From Gnetum montanum (taxonomy: Eukaryota; Plantae; Gnetophyta), in the NCBI GenBank assembly GCA_015680685.1, contig MNCI01001040.1:468279-532278 (forward strand): a stretch of DNA of 64,000 nucleotides, given 5' to 3'. Position numbers and translations under genes: made by a program. Positions 1-14,475 of this stretch are shown one piece after another; the first letter of the stretch is position 1; every line of letters starts with the position of its first letter. Under the pieces are notes generated by a model, which worked only from the letters and a program-made list of their open reading frames with translations, was not told the origin of the DNA and searched no databases.

Positions 1-3
1 GGG

Positions 4-34
<31 letters not shown>

Positions 35-399
35 ATAGTTGGGTGAGAGTATAGTCACTTACACTTAGCCAAAATTTCCAACTTTTCATCACCCAATCAA
101 TGACTTAGTCAATTTCACTTCCCAAGCCCAACTGGCCTTTCCCAAGTAGATGCGCTTGACACACCATGATCCGTGAAGACCTAAAACTAGCACCCATGAC
201 CTGCTGAGGCCTAAAATTGGCACCTATGGCCTACCAAGGCCTAAACTAACACACACACATGCTTAATCTTCTCTACAATTCCTATTGCATACTAAGGCAA
301 ATTTTCATTACATTACTTTTTATTCATTAGTGCATATTAACCTGGTTACGACAGGTGTTGCTTGACATTTTTTGGTTTGTTTTGCAAGATTACAACATG

Positions 400-3300
400 G
401 ACATGCCTGGGTAGCTTCTCTCTCCTCTGGTCCTTATAGAACCTCATGGCAATATCAAGCAATGCATCGATCCACATTTCTTATACCTTGAGCCTACAAC
501 TTATGTTGAATACATAGCATCTATATAGACACCACTAGATTGGCACAACCATCTAGTTAAGGCTCAAAATCTAGAGGCAAGGGATGTCGCAAAGGATCTG
601 CCCATTGAGATCCCCATAACAACACCTAACAATGAGGTGAAAACACTAAAGCTAAGTTCTTCACTAGATCCCAACATGTCCAAAACACCAATAAGGTGCT
701 AAATGACAACATTAAGGTGTTTGCATAGTCATATGAGGACATGTCAGGCTTAGACCCTTGGCTCATCTAGCATAACATCATCCTTAATCCCTACATTAAG
801 CCAATAAAATAAAAGGCACACAAGTTAGGCCTAAGTTGGCATTGGTAGTCCATGATAAAATCACCAAGCTTTACAAAGTTGGTTTCATCTAGGCAATTAA
901 CTATACAAACTAGGTCTCCAACATCATAGTTATGCCTAAGAAAAATGAAAGCATACACATTTGCATAGACTTCTGGGACCTTAACAATGTAACCATAAAA
1001 GACAACTTCCCATTGCCCAATATTGATCAACTGATCAATACCATGACTAGTCATGCCTTGTCATCCTTCATGGATAGGTTCTCAAGCTATGACCAGATTT
1101 GAATCAACCCTAAGCACCAACTCAGCATGACCTTTATGACCCCCTAAGTTACATTTTGTTACACCATAATGCCCTTTAGACTCAAGAACACAGGAGCAAC
1201 TTATCAGCACACAATGACATACATCTTCAATGATTACATGTTAAGCTTGCTTAATGATTACATTGATGACATAGCAATTAAGTCCAAAGCAACCCATAAC
1301 CATGCAAATTATTTGGACATAGTACTTAAATGTTACTTAAAACACAAACTTAGGTTGAACCCTAAGAAGTATGTTTTCAACATCAAAATGGGTCGCATGC
1401 TTAGTTTTGTAGTATCTAAAGTAGGAATACACATAGACCCTGATAAGGTTAAGATCATAACTAACGTAGCACCTTTGGCTAACCTTAAGGAGCTACAAGG
1501 GTTACAAGATAGATTGAAATTCATACATAGGTTTATTGCACAGTTAACCAACAAGTCATAGCCAATGCAACATTTGCTCAAGAAAGGGATCCACTTTGAG
1601 TGGATAGCTCAATGCCAATAGGCATTTGACAACCCAAAAAAAGAGCTAGCTCAACTTCCTATGGTTCACCCTCCACAAGGAAATAAAACCTTTTACATCT
1701 ACCTTGCTACTTCTAACACATCCATCACCTCTTTTCTTTTCCAAAAGAGAAATGATGGCATAGAGGTCCTAGTCTACTAATTAAGCCATGCATTAGTAGC
1801 CCACAAAGCAAAATACAACAATGTGAAAAAGTATTTCCTTACCTTAGTCTTTTCACTTAATAAGTGGAGACATTATTTTTTCTACAGTTAAGTCAACATC
1901 ATTTGCAAGAATAATGTCCTCTGACCAATTACAATGAACATCTACGAAAGTAATCATATTGCATGATGGAAAGAAATAATCATGGAGTTTCACCTACATT
2001 ATCTTGCATAAGCCTCAACCAAAGGTCAAGCTATAGCCACATAACTCATGACTTTTCCTATCAATGATTAAGCAACTATAGATCTAGAATTCCTAGATGA
2101 GCTTGTCAGTAGCATTAGTCAAGTGCCTAATAACTTTGAGGCACTCTTGCATTTTGATAGGGCTTCAACCTCTCAAGGGGATAGTGTCGTTTTCATTATC
2201 ACATTTCCCTCTAGCAAGATCTAACCCTTTGCATTCCTATGCACTAACAACATGGCAAAGTACGAGGTCTCCTCCAAGGTGTCTTTGTAGCACATGACTT
2301 AGGGATTTTACACCTAGCAATTTGAGGTGATTCACAATTAATGGTTAACCAAGTAACAAAGGTTTATACTAGTAAGGTTCAACATTTACAACCTTACTGT
2401 GACCTAATAAAGCACTTGCTTAAACAGTTTGCAACAACAGATGTCCAATACATTCCTCATAACGAGAATGTCATAGCTGACACCTTAGCAACATTAGCCT
2501 TAAGCATCACACTAGACATGTTTCATGCATTGCCCACCTTAGTGGTGGATTGCACTATGCCTATCATGAAAATAACTAATGTTGCATCCATAGCCACAAT
2601 TAGCACAACACACACAAAAGAGTGGTACAACGACATTAAATCATACCTTCTATAGGATGAGCCTCCACACCACTTAACTACCACTCAAAAATATGTAGTG
2701 CATAAATGATTGTGGTAATACGTCATCATGGGTGATAACACCTTGTGTCGTAGAGCCTACGATGACATACTATTAACTTACATGAGCAATAGTGAAGCAC
2801 AAACAATTATTGAGCAAGTCCATGAGGGACTATGTGAAGGTCATATAGCACCCAAAGTAATGGCAGTGAAAATTAGACAATTAGGCTATTATTGGCCTTA
2901 CATGGAGCATGATTGCATTTCTAAAGTCAAAACGTACAACATGTGTCAATAGCATGGCAAATTAATGCATGTGCCACCAATCGAATTGTACATAATGCAA
3001 ATCATGTGGCCATTCCAATGTTGGGGCTTGGATATCATTGGACTTATAACGCCTAAGTCCTCCACAAGCCATAGCTTCATCATAACTACAACTAAGTATT
3101 TTACCAAGTGGGTTGACGCTATTTCCCTTATGAAGACAACATCCCAACAAGTTTTCAAATTTGTGCTTGATAACATAGTGATCCATTTTGGCTTACCCAT
3201 GACCATAGTCATAGACAACAGGCCATAATTTAGTAGTGCTAAAACCAAAGCCTTTTGTGAGCACCTTGGCATTAAACATTCCTTCTCATCATCGTATTAC

Positions 3301-3467
3301 CCCTAGGTGAATGGCCAAGTGGAGGCTACAAACAAAGTCATCGTCAACCTTCTAAAGAAGATGTTGAGCAATAGCAAATAATGATGGCATAACGAATTAG
3401 TCTACACACTCTGAGCCTACTACACTACATGATGAATAGTAACAAAAAAGACACCTTATATTCTTGT
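400..3467 (+). pseudogene. Degenerate Tat pol (RT, RNase H, additional RNase H, integrase)
   Basis: MPFRLKNTGATYQ and YIDD (1169-1561); integrase HHCC region and WPFQCWGLDIIG (2728-3228); many stops and frameshifts. Confidence 0.9.
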
Positions 3468-5379
3468 NCAAATGCTATTGTGCCAGTTTAATGTCATGAC
3501 CCAAGAACAAATGCTATGATAGTTTAACATCATGGTAGATGAGAGGATGTTTTTGTGCCAGTTTATAGTCCTAGTAGACTTTCTATGCCAATTTATAGTT
3601 ATAGAAGACTTTCTGCACTAGTTTATAGTCATAGCAGACTTCTTGTGCTAATTTACAGTTGTAGTAGACTTGTGCTTACCTTGCTTTATTGAGATGCAGC
3701 GCTACATGTTAGGCATAGTATGGATTTAGGTACGAATGATTTATTGGATTGGAAAACTCATTACTGTGTTTATCAGCAAGCTTGAATGCTCTATTGTCAT
3801 AGACCTTAGTGCCCAAGAAAGGCCCTTCCTAGTTGGTTGAGAATTTGTCTATGGGTTTGTGAATGACCTTGAGGACTAGGTCCCCTTTCTTGATTGGGCA
3901 TTGATGTTGGTTGTGATGGTGCTTTTGCCATTGCTTTTCTTGGTACCATTCAATGTGACCAAGTGTCTGCATGCACTCCTCCTCTATTATTCTGATCTTC
4001 ATCAATGAAGTTTGAGAGGATTACCCAGAGTGATGAAACCTACAATTCAAGGGGAAAAATTACTTCAGATCCATAGACAAGAATATAAGGTGTCTTTTTT
4101 GTTACTATTCATCATGTAGTGTANACATTATGGCCCCCTCCCATTTTGTTGATTTTTTCAGGCTCTTTCCATTTCTCAAGATCTCGAGCACCTGTAGCAT
4201 CATGACCCCCCACCATTTTTCTATTTTTATTGACTTCTGTCATCTTTATGGGTTCTCAAGCACCTACAGCATCATCACTTCCCATCATTTTTCTAGTTTT
4301 TGAGCACTTCCCATGAGTGTAGCCTTTCGAGCATTTGTAGCATTTTCTACCCTTAACATTTTATTTGCATTGTGTGTTTTGTGGTTTTCTTATCTTCTTG
4401 GAGTTTTTTTTGTAAGACGAAACCCCAAGGTGATCATGCAAATCTGCATCTCATCATAGCAACAAGTTACTACATTGCTCTGACATGCACGATTGGACTA
4501 GTTGGGCCTCTCAAGAGTGCACATCCCTACCATCCTTGTTACAGTGTACTCACATCCAATCCTATGCATTCATACCCTTTGCATTACCCTACATAATCAA
4601 AACTACAAATCCCTCTAAAGCATACATGTCATAACCACATGGCATCCTCTATGAGCCAAATCATAGAACCCAAGGCAAACATAACATAAGTTGTCCTGTG
4701 GGAAGCCTCTATTGGCTAAGCCTAGGAAAATGTAACATAAGTCATCCTAGGGACGAAACACTAGTCCCATAGATGCAATGTGATTTCATGAGCATCAAAG
4801 TAAAGCCCATCCAATGGCACACAGTCCACTCGATGGAAAGCATTTTGCAGTTAGCAATTAGCATTGTGTAGAACCCAAAGAAGATTCATATCATGGAAAA
4901 GCAAAAATAAAGAAAAGAAAGAAAGAGAAAATGGAGAAAATCACATCCAAAAGCACTCTATGTGTGCTACAATTTCACAACTGTTCAAGCTCTAAATCCA
5001 GCTCAACTCTCTCATAAGCACTTCGATAAGAGGCCAACATTTTCAGAGGCAAGCAACCCTAATGCCATGATCACCATCAACCATGGTAACTCTGCATCCT
5101 GCATCTCAACACCTTGTTTGCACCTTATCTCCCTTGCTATCCCTAGCACATTGCCTACATCCGTTAACCCTAGCATACCACTATCCATAGCATTCTTGAG
5201 CATGGTGAAATGACAATTTACCATGTATGGAAGAGTGAAGTTGATGCCAAGCCTACTATAATGTTTAGTTGTTCTTATTGACATCTCTTGGGCCATCCCT
5301 CCAGACATCAACAAAGAGGAACCAATGAAACACAACCAAATTTGGGCTATGGCATCTCAATTACAAATTTTCCTAAGTT

Positions 5380-6070
5380 TTAGAACAATGCCACTTTCTA
5401 CAAATTTTTCTAAGTGCTAAGACTATGCTCTCCACTACACCAGAACATAGTCAACCTAGTGAAGAGCATAGTTAGCCCCAAAGATAGATTTTGTGCAATT
5501 TTGTCTAAGTGTTAGTGTGAAGTAAGAAGCTGCAAATTTTTCCTAAGTGTTGGGACTACACTTTCCATTTTACAAAAGCGTAGTTAGTTTAGTAGAGAGT
5601 GTAGTCAACACCAAAGGCTAGTTTTGCAAATTTTCCTAAGTGTCAAGCTAGCAGTTGTAGAGCCTGGTGGGCATGGAATAAATAGTTTGGCAAAGACTAT
5701 GCTCTCCACTACATTGGAGCATAGTCAAGCCTAATTGAAATGGAAGAAATAGTTTGGAAAATTTTTTAAGTGCTGAGACTATGCTCTCCACTACTTAGGA
5801 GCATAGTCAAGCGTAGTCAGTGCTAAAGGCTTATTTTTTTTGCAATTTTTCTAACTATTAAGGCTATGCTCTCTACTACACTGGAGTGTAGTCAAGAATA
5901 ATCAACTAGAAGCCTAATTTCTGTAGAAATTTCTCTAAGTGCTTAGACTATGCTCAACCCCAATTGGGAGCATAGTCAACCTCCATTGGAGCATAGTCAA
6001 CACAGGGCCTAGAATTTTTCTAAGTCTAGGAATATGCTCTCCACTAGTCCATAGCATAGTCAAGCATATA
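5380..6070. repeat. LTR sub-repeat array of hairpin-forming units (GACTATGCTC...GAGCATAGTC)
   Basis: Recurrent TTTTCTAAGTG-x-GACTATGCTCTCCACTAC...GGAGCATAGTCAA units, e.g. near 5420, 5695, 5777, 5946, 6031. Confidence 0.8.
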
Positions 6071-7125
6071 TAGCCAAAAGACCTCTAGAGGCTTCCACAA
6101 TGTAGCATTAGCATTCACATTAGCTCCAACACACCTTTGGCAAGTAGCATGCATCTTTTGGGTATCCCCCTTGTCCCAAAATTGTAACTATGCTTAACAT
6201 CACTCAAGACTGTGGACAACGTAGTCCCAGAGCATAGTCCTCAAACTTGCATTTTTTGCATTGTTGATAGGTACATTGTGGTCTTTTTGACACACAAACA
6301 TGTAGTTGGTAGTGTAATCACAATCTAGCAGTCTCACAGAATCCATTGGAGCACACCAAAGCATAACACCATTTACTTCAGTGGAGAGCATAGTTGGATG
6401 CAGTGTAGTCAAAACCATTCCACTACCACATGGCAACTGATCTACATTTTGTGCTAACCCTAGCCCTATAAATACCCCTATCCTCTATGTTTTAGGGGTT
6501 AGCAAATTTGAAGCAAGGTTTCCATTTTGGCATTTGACATTCCTGAAGTGTGTTTGGCATTTGAGCAAGGGAGGGCATTCGCACACCACTGCAGTCCACC
6601 ATAGTCCATTTCACCCCACAACAACCAACCTAGCAAGTACAAAAACTATAGCAGAATGTCTATCCTCATGGCCAAACACCTCAAGACTGTGACTACACTA
6701 TCTACTGCACCTATTGTACACCACATACCTTTCTCACCCCATTTAAAGTTATCTATCCTCAATCCCATTTAGGGTGGTGCTGCTTTCTCTCTTGCTCTCC
6801 TCCTGTGCATTTTTTAGCATTTTATTATCATTCTGGAATTTTACTTACATTTTTTGCAATTTTTGCATGTAACCTCATGTTAACACCTTTGTTTTCAGTG
6901 GTAACCCTTAACTATGCTCACCATCGTTGACATCGTGAACACCATGCAAACACTTAGCACTATTATGGCATTGCATTTTGTAAGTTCCCATTCAATTGAT
7001 AAGACCATTTTGTGCACCCCAGTCTCCACCTCCAATAGGCCCTCATGTGGATGTAAGGTCAAAGCTATGCACCCATGAACCTCATGGTGTTTCCATTCCA
7101 ACCATTAATGTTTTTGGTCGCTACA

Positions 7126-10100
7126 AAGCCAAAGTTTGTTAAGAGGCTGCAATTTAAGAATAAGCCTCAAAATTTTGTAAAAAAGCCACCTAAATGTTGG
7201 AGTTGTGATAAAGTTGGTCATATAAAGAAAGATTGTAAAGCCCATTTGAAAAAGGGTAAAGAGAGTAATGCATCAAAAAGTGATAAAGCGCCTCCTACTC
7301 AAGAGGGAAATTTGTATGTTGTCTCATCTTCTAATAATGTTAATACATATTCATGATATGTGAACTTAGGTGCATCTCATCACAACACTTCACATGTTGA
7401 TTAGTTTAGTGAGTATACATCATCTGATCTCAGAATGATAAGATTGGGTAATGATGGTTTATGCAAAGTTATAGGTTATTAAAAGGTAAAGATTTAGTTT
7501 AAAAATTGAATAGTTAAATTGATTCCCAATGTACATCATGTTCCAACACTTACTAAAAATATTTTGTCTATAAGTGAATTGGATGATGCAGGACTAACTA
7601 TTACATTTGAAGGTAGAAAATGTTTACTACTACATGGTTCATCTCTTTTGGCTTCTAGAATTAAAATAGACAAGTTGTATAAATTTGAAGCTAAGACATT
7701 AAAGGAGAAACTAAGTGCATTTAAAGTTATTCATTTAAATTCAAGCATTGATTTGTAACATAAAATAATGGGATATCTTGGTGAAAAAAGACTTAAGAAA
7801 CTTTACAAGCAAGGTAAATTTAAGCTTTCAAAAGATTCCTTGGATTTCTATCATCATTATCTACATGGTAAACAAAGGCATCACAGTTTTCAAAGAAGTA
7901 ATGCTAAATCTCTTCAGATATTAGAACAAATACATAGTGATGTATGTGAACCAGTTAAAGATATTAAAACAAGTTCTCTTAGATGTGTTATGTATTATGC
8001 TTATTTTACTAATGATTATTCTAGAAAGAGCTAGATCTATTTATTAAAACATAAGTTTGAAGTATTTGAAAAATTCATAGAATTCAAAGCTCTTGTTGAG
8101 AGTTATTCAGGAAAGAACATCAAAATTCTAAGAACTAACAATGGTGGTGAGTTTTTCTCAAATGAATTTAATGTTTTTTTGTAAAGAACATGGCATTCAA
8201 AGGCAAAATACTATGCCATGGACTCCTAAACAAAATGGAGTTGCAAAGCACTTCAATCAAACATTGATGAAACATGCTAGATGTATGCTTAGTGAGTCTA
8301 ATCTTGACAAGTGTTTCTACGATGAAGCAATAGTGACTACATGTTATCTTATCAATAAATCTCATTCATTAGAACTTGGTGGAAAAATTCCAAAAGAAGT
8401 TTGGAGTGGCAGATCTATTAATTTAAATTATTTCAAGATTTTTTATTATGACACCTATGTACATGTTCCAAAATCTAATAGATCCAAATTAGACTTTCAG
8501 TGTGTCAAATATATTTTTCTTGGCTATGAACATGGTGTCAAAGCTTATGAGTTGTATAACCCACAAACTAAAAGGATTATTTATAGTCCAAATGTTATCT
8601 TTAGAGAAAAATGTGAATATATGAAGGAGGAATCTTCTAATACTGAAACTCCTTCAAATGATGTAGCTCCTATTTATGTGCCTGATGAAATTAATAATGA
8701 AATTTTTAAGAGTCATCCTTCCTTAGTTGGGGATATTGCCTCTAGCGAACAAGATGGTGAGAGCATGGTAAACAAGGAGGAACAACATGAAGAGGGAGAA
8801 AATACTTTGAGTGAAGATGAGCTATTAAGATGTTTAACATGTATAAGAAAGTTACCCTCACATCTAGAAGAATATGTCCTATTTATTAAAAATAATGACA
8901 CATCAACATATGATGAGGCATGTTCATCTATGAAAAATTCAAAGTGAAAATAGGCAATGGATGCTGAAATGTCATCAATTCACAAAAATAAAACTTGGAA
9001 ATTAACTAAACTTCCATCAACGAGAAAACCCATTGGAAATAAATAGGTGTATAGAATAAAATCTTGGAATTAATACAAAGCACGACTTGTAGCTGAAGGA
9101 TTTTATTAGAGCAAGGGAATTGATTATGATGAAATCTTCTCTCCAATAGTAAAATTAACATCCATAAGATCATTGTTGGCTATCACAATTGTTTATGAAC
9201 TTGAACAAATGGATGTGAGAATAGCATTCCTCAATGGTGATCTTGAAGAAGAAATATATATGATTCAACCTAAAGGATATGAAATTAAAAAGAATATGGT
9301 GTGTCAATTATTAAAATCACTATATGGGCTCAAATAAGCACCAAGGATGTGGAATAAAAAATTTAATGACCCCATGATAAATTTTAGCTTCGTTAGAAGG
9401 GTTGAAGACTCTTGTATGTATGTTAAAAATACAAGTGACAAATATATTATGTTGCTACTATATGCCAATGACATGTTAATAGCATGTAATAACATACATG
9501 ATATTCAGGAGTTAAAACTCCATCTGTCTTCTTAATTTAAGATGAAGGATCTTGGTGACCCACAAAAAAAAAAATTGGCATGGAAATTAAAAGGGAAAAG
9601 GTTAATAAAAAGCTTTGGCTTGGACAATCTACATATGTTGAAAGTATTTTAAAAAGATTTAATATGCATGATTGCAAACCTGTGACTACACCTTATGAAA
9701 GTAGTATTAAACCCTCAGTTGAACAATGCCCAAAGACAAGTGAAGAAAAAGAGCTCATGGTTAAAATTCCATATGCTAGTGTTATCAGCAGTTTAATGTA
9801 TGCAATGGTCTCTGCTAGACCTAATATTTCTTACATTGTTGGAAAACTTAGCAGGTACATATCTAATCTAGGAAAACAACATTAAATTGTGGTGAAGCAA
9901 GTCTTACAATATCTTTGTGGTACTTCAAATTATGGGATCTATTATAAAAATGATTGCAATGGACTTCATGGCTTCATTGATGCAAATTGAGGTGGTGATA
10001 TTGATAGTAGTAAATCTACTAGTGGATATGTGTTTAATCTTTTTGGTGGTGTTGTTTCTTGAAAAAGTCAGAAACAATCTTGTGTTTCTCAATCTACCAC

Positions 10101-10420
10101 TAAAGCTAAATATGTTGCTACTAACTTAACATGCTAAGAGGCTATATGGCTCCAAAGGCTAATAGCTAAACTTGGCATCACTTAGACTCAGATATTGGTT
10201 GTGATAGTCAAAGTGCCATAAGCATATCCAAGAATCCAACCTTTCATTTCTAAAAGAAGCACATTAAAATACAATATCACTATATACATAAGGAAATTAA
10301 AAAGCAAAGGATTCTTCTAAATAAAATTTCAACTAAATAAAATCTTGTAGATGTACGCACCAAATCAACTCCTGCTAAAAATTTTCTCTAGTGTTGATCA
10401 ACATTTGGTCCTCTTCTGAC
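7126..10420 (+). pseudogene. Ty1/copia gag-pol remnant (element Copia-A): zinc knuckle, protease, INT, RT, RNase H
   Basis: CWSCDKVGHIKKDC knuckle, HSDVCEP, TPKQNGVAKHFNQTL, LLLYANDMLI, PYASVISSLMYAM; INT precedes RT. Confidence 0.92.
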
Positions 10421-10482
10421 CTAATTTTCTAAAAATTGTTTGGATTATTCTTTAAAGCAACTTTACCTTCAAGAGGGAGAAT

Positions 10483-10826
10483 TGTAAGGGTGGATGAAGG
10501 CAAATCTGCCTTGATCTCTTCAAACATTTCTACCCTGCCTTATTATATTTTTATTTATGTCTATGTTATAATTGGTTCTGTACCTATCCCCAACCAAAAT
10601 AAACTACCTTATCCTTTTTTTTAATTTTAGGTTCCATGACAATATATAAGGAACTCAAAAGGAGCATCCAAAGAACCACATTTTTTTAAGCATAAGCTTG
10701 AAAGTCATCTTCCTTCCTTTGTAAATTCTCCTTAAGCTTCAATCCTCCAAAGCTATGTTGCTAATGATCTAAGAGCTAATTTTTTGCTAGGGTTTTTCAC
10801 CTTGAAGGTTTTACCCAAGGTAACTT
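10483..10826 (+). repeat. Copia-A 3' LTR, left part (interrupted by Copia-B; resumes at ~25154-25309)
   Basis: PPT AAGAGGGAGA at 10471-10480, then TG at 10483. The sequence GGTAACTT is continued by AACTCTGTGTCTTTA after 25153. Confidence 0.75.
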
Positions 10827-13392
10827 TGTTAGCCTCTAAGGATGTGCACTACTAGCCTTAGATAACAAAATAAAATAGAATAAAAATAGGGGCAAACAAA
10901 GGTAACTGAATTTTGCATTTTTTTTTATTCAACTGATAATGGCCTTTCAATAGGCAAATACATCAGCAGAAAATAGCAATTTCTATAATAGTTAACTCTT
11001 TAACTTTTGTAATGGTCAACCCTTCAACTTCTATAATAGCCAACCCTTCAATTTCTGTAATGGTTGACCCTTCAACTTCTGTAATGACTGACTCTTAAAC
11101 ACATTTAACATCCTCCCATAAACTAAAATCTTGCAAACTATTACTTTAATAAGAATTATTCAACATGTAGGCTTCAAGCTGCTTTCTCAACCTCTAAAAT
11201 GTTGATAACTTGAGGGGTTTGGCTAGAATATGAATGAGTTAATCTTCACTCTTATAGAACACCAAATCAATAATACCATCATTGCATAGATCATGCAAGA
11301 AGTAAAATCTCACATCAATATGTTTGCTTCTTCCATGTAGCATAGTATTTTTGGATAACTTTATGGCAAAATTACTGTCACATAAAATTATAGTAGCCCC
11401 CTCTTGCATGAAATATAGCCCATTAAGAATTTTCTTAGCCAAATAGCTTGGCAAGCACAAGATCTTGCAACAACAAATTCAGCCTCTATGATTGGCAATG
11501 TGACAATAGATTACTTCTTAGATGACCATGAAATAGCCCCTGTGCCCATCATAAAAACATATCCTGAATTGCTCTTCCTATCATCTTGATCTCCTACATA
11601 ATTAGTATTAGTAAATCCCACAAAATTAGATTTCTCACCTGTCTTGTAAAATAGCCCAAAACCTTTAGTCCCTTGCAAGTAACGAAATATTCTTTTAGTA
11701 GCTAACAAATGCATCTTCTATGGAGACTCTATGTATCTACTAATAAGACTCACAGCATGCATTATATTGAGTTTGGTTGTAGTCAAATACATTAGACTCC
11801 CAACAATTTGCTTGTAAAGTGTAGCCTCCACCTTTCTTCCTTTAGGATCTTTGTTTAGCCTCAAGCCAATCTCAATTGGAGTGCTTACAAGATTACAATC
11901 CTTCATCTTAAACCTCTCCAAAATTTCTCTGACATACTTCTTTTGAGAAATAAATATTTTAATGGGAGATTGCACTACTTCCATGCCAAGATAGTAATGC
12001 ATTTTTTCAAGATCAATCATTTCAATCTCATCCATTATTGACTTCTTAAATTTTACAAACAAATCACTATCATTCCCAATGAAAATAAGATCTTCAACAT
12101 ATAAACATACAATGAGCACTTTTCCTCCTTCAATCTTTATAAAAAGTGTATGCTCATATGGACATTTTTGAAATCCCTCCTTAGAAAAATGGGTATTTAT
12201 ACAACTATACCAAGCTCTTGAAGCTTGTTTTAGTCCATACAAAGCCTTTTTTAATTTATAGACCTTGTGCCCCCTACCAAGCTTCACAAAACCAAGGGGC
12301 TAATCAATAAATACATGTTCCTCCAAGTCTCCATGCAAGAATGCAAACTTAACATCCATTTGGAAGATATGACATGAATTTTATGCTACCAATGCAACCA
12401 CCAATCTAATTGTATCATGCCTTGCAATAGGAGCAAAGACTTCTTTATAGTCAATCCCATATTCTTGCTTGTATCCCTTAGCCACCAATTATGCCTTATA
12501 CTTGTTAACTTCACCAATCCCCATTAGTTTTGTTTTGAAGACCCACTTCACACCAATGGTTTTGTGCACTTTTGGAAGATCAACTAGCTCCCAAGTACCA
12601 TTTCTCTCAATGGCTTCAATTTCATCCTCCATTGCCTTTCTCAATTTTGATTCCTTAATAGCACTTTCAAAAGTTGTGCGATCACAATTTGCAAACCAAG
12701 CAAAATTGGTGATGGTCAATCACAATTCCCTTATAATCCATAATCCATAAGGGTCTTTTTTGAATACAATGAGATTCAACTACTGCTACTATTTGTGAAG
12801 TCTCAGCCTCCACAGTTCTTGGTGCTTTGAACTCTATAGTTCTAGGTTATATAGTTTCAGGTGTTGCAAAGTCTGTAGTTTCACTATCAAAAATAATTGA
12901 AGTAAGCTACTACCCATTCCAATTCCAAGTGCTCTCTTCTTCAAAGATGACATATCTACTACTCACACTCTTCTTTGTCCGAGGATTATACAATTTATAT
13001 ACCTTCAAAGATGACACATTTTTCACTCTTATCCTCCAGCTTCTTCCTCTTCTTATCGAGGATATGTGCATAGGCAATGCAACCAAATATTCTAAAGTGA
13101 TCCACTGCTGATTTCCTCCCACTCCAAGCCTCTTATGATGTCATGTTTTGAATAGCAAAGGTGGGACTTCTATTCAAAACATGGATGCTCTAATTCATAG
13201 CCTCTAGCCAAAAACTCTTTGGAATACTTCATCTTGCTAAGAGGCTTCTCACCATACTGAGGATGGTTCTATTTTTCCTCTCTAATACACCATTTCGTTG
13301 TGGTGTATAGGGGGCTATGAGCTCTCTCCAAATGCCATGATTCTTACAAAAAACATCAAACTCTTTTGAACAATATTCTCCTCCATGATATG

Positions 13393-14439
13393 TGATGAGC
13401 GGTGAGGTACCCCTACACTCAACCATACAAATACAAGCATTCACATGCAATCTAGTCGAACTCCAAGGATTAAGTGCTTATGCGCTTACATAGAACAAGG
13501 ATGGTTTATGCGATTGTTGTCTTCTCAAGCTTACTTGTAAGGCATACTTGTATGGTTAAGTAAACTTGAGGTATATGATTTTTATGCTTTTTATGTTTTG
13601 TGTTCTTGGTGCTTAAAATGGGGAAATGAAATAATTTAGTAACTGATTTGATTTAACTAATCAACTATTCTCTAAGTTGAACACATCCTGAACCAATGTA
13701 ACACTACTGGGATTACTAAACACTAGTCATTACTAGGTTACCTAGTGTTCCACATATGCTCGAAGTGGTCATACAAAGTGTGCTAATTCGTTGATAATTA
13801 ACAATTCAATAGAAATAACATTAAGTAACTAATGAGAGTAGCAAATAATAGTAAATAACATTCAAATGAAATAATTAAGCTATTCTGAATGTTACAAGGT
13901 TTATCACAAAGTTCATCTTTGTTTCTGGACACAAGGTGTGCTCAGGTACACAATGCTTGAATAGAGATCTGTTCACTTTATGACTCCTACTGTGGGCACT
14001 CAGAAATAATTCTAACTTTGGGAGGGAAAAACTACAAGGGTTCGATCAAGAAACTAAAAAACTAATGTGAAACCAAGTGCCCCATGTCTCTTATTTATAG
14101 GCAATGAGACAAGTTCCGACATTGCATGTTCGATATCACTTCGGCATCTCTGATATCATGTATCTGATATCGAGGGTCTGATATTGGGGATCCAATATCG
14201 GGGGTCCGATATTGTGACTCATCATACCCCCACAACTGAATGAAAACTCATCCTTGAGTTCCTTACAAATTATTGGAAAGGCATGGGATTATTGACTGAA
14301 TGATGACTGACGGTGACATGGAATGATAGACTCAAAGTGCCCAGTGAACGGATCAACAAACGTATTACAACATTGGTGTTCATAACCATTGTGGTGAACA
14401 GTTTACATAGATGACATCCAAACCCTCATTTGATAGCTT

Positions 14440-14475
<36 letters not shown>

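Larger units (their letters stand above)
1..7125 (+). mobile_element. Ty3/gypsy Tat/Ogre-type LTR retrotransposon, 3' part (element Tat-1), inserted in the gag of a copia element
   Basis: Degenerate RT-RH-second RNase H-INT at ~400-3467, colinear with 56872-60325. The LTR ends ...TTTTTGGTCGCTACA at 7125, the same terminus as the LTRs ending at 41932 and 63363. Copia gag begins immediately after. The LTR start was not resolved (single Ns at 3468 and 4124). Confidence 0.85.

Noticed and set aside
1-30. Poly-G tract
   Set aside because: Truncated by the window edge and a common sequencing or assembly artefact; nothing supports function.
3469-4123. Apparent inversion in Tat-1 (3' UTR repeats in reverse orientation)
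   Set aside because: Bounded by single Ns at 3468 and 4124; probably a mis-oriented small contig.
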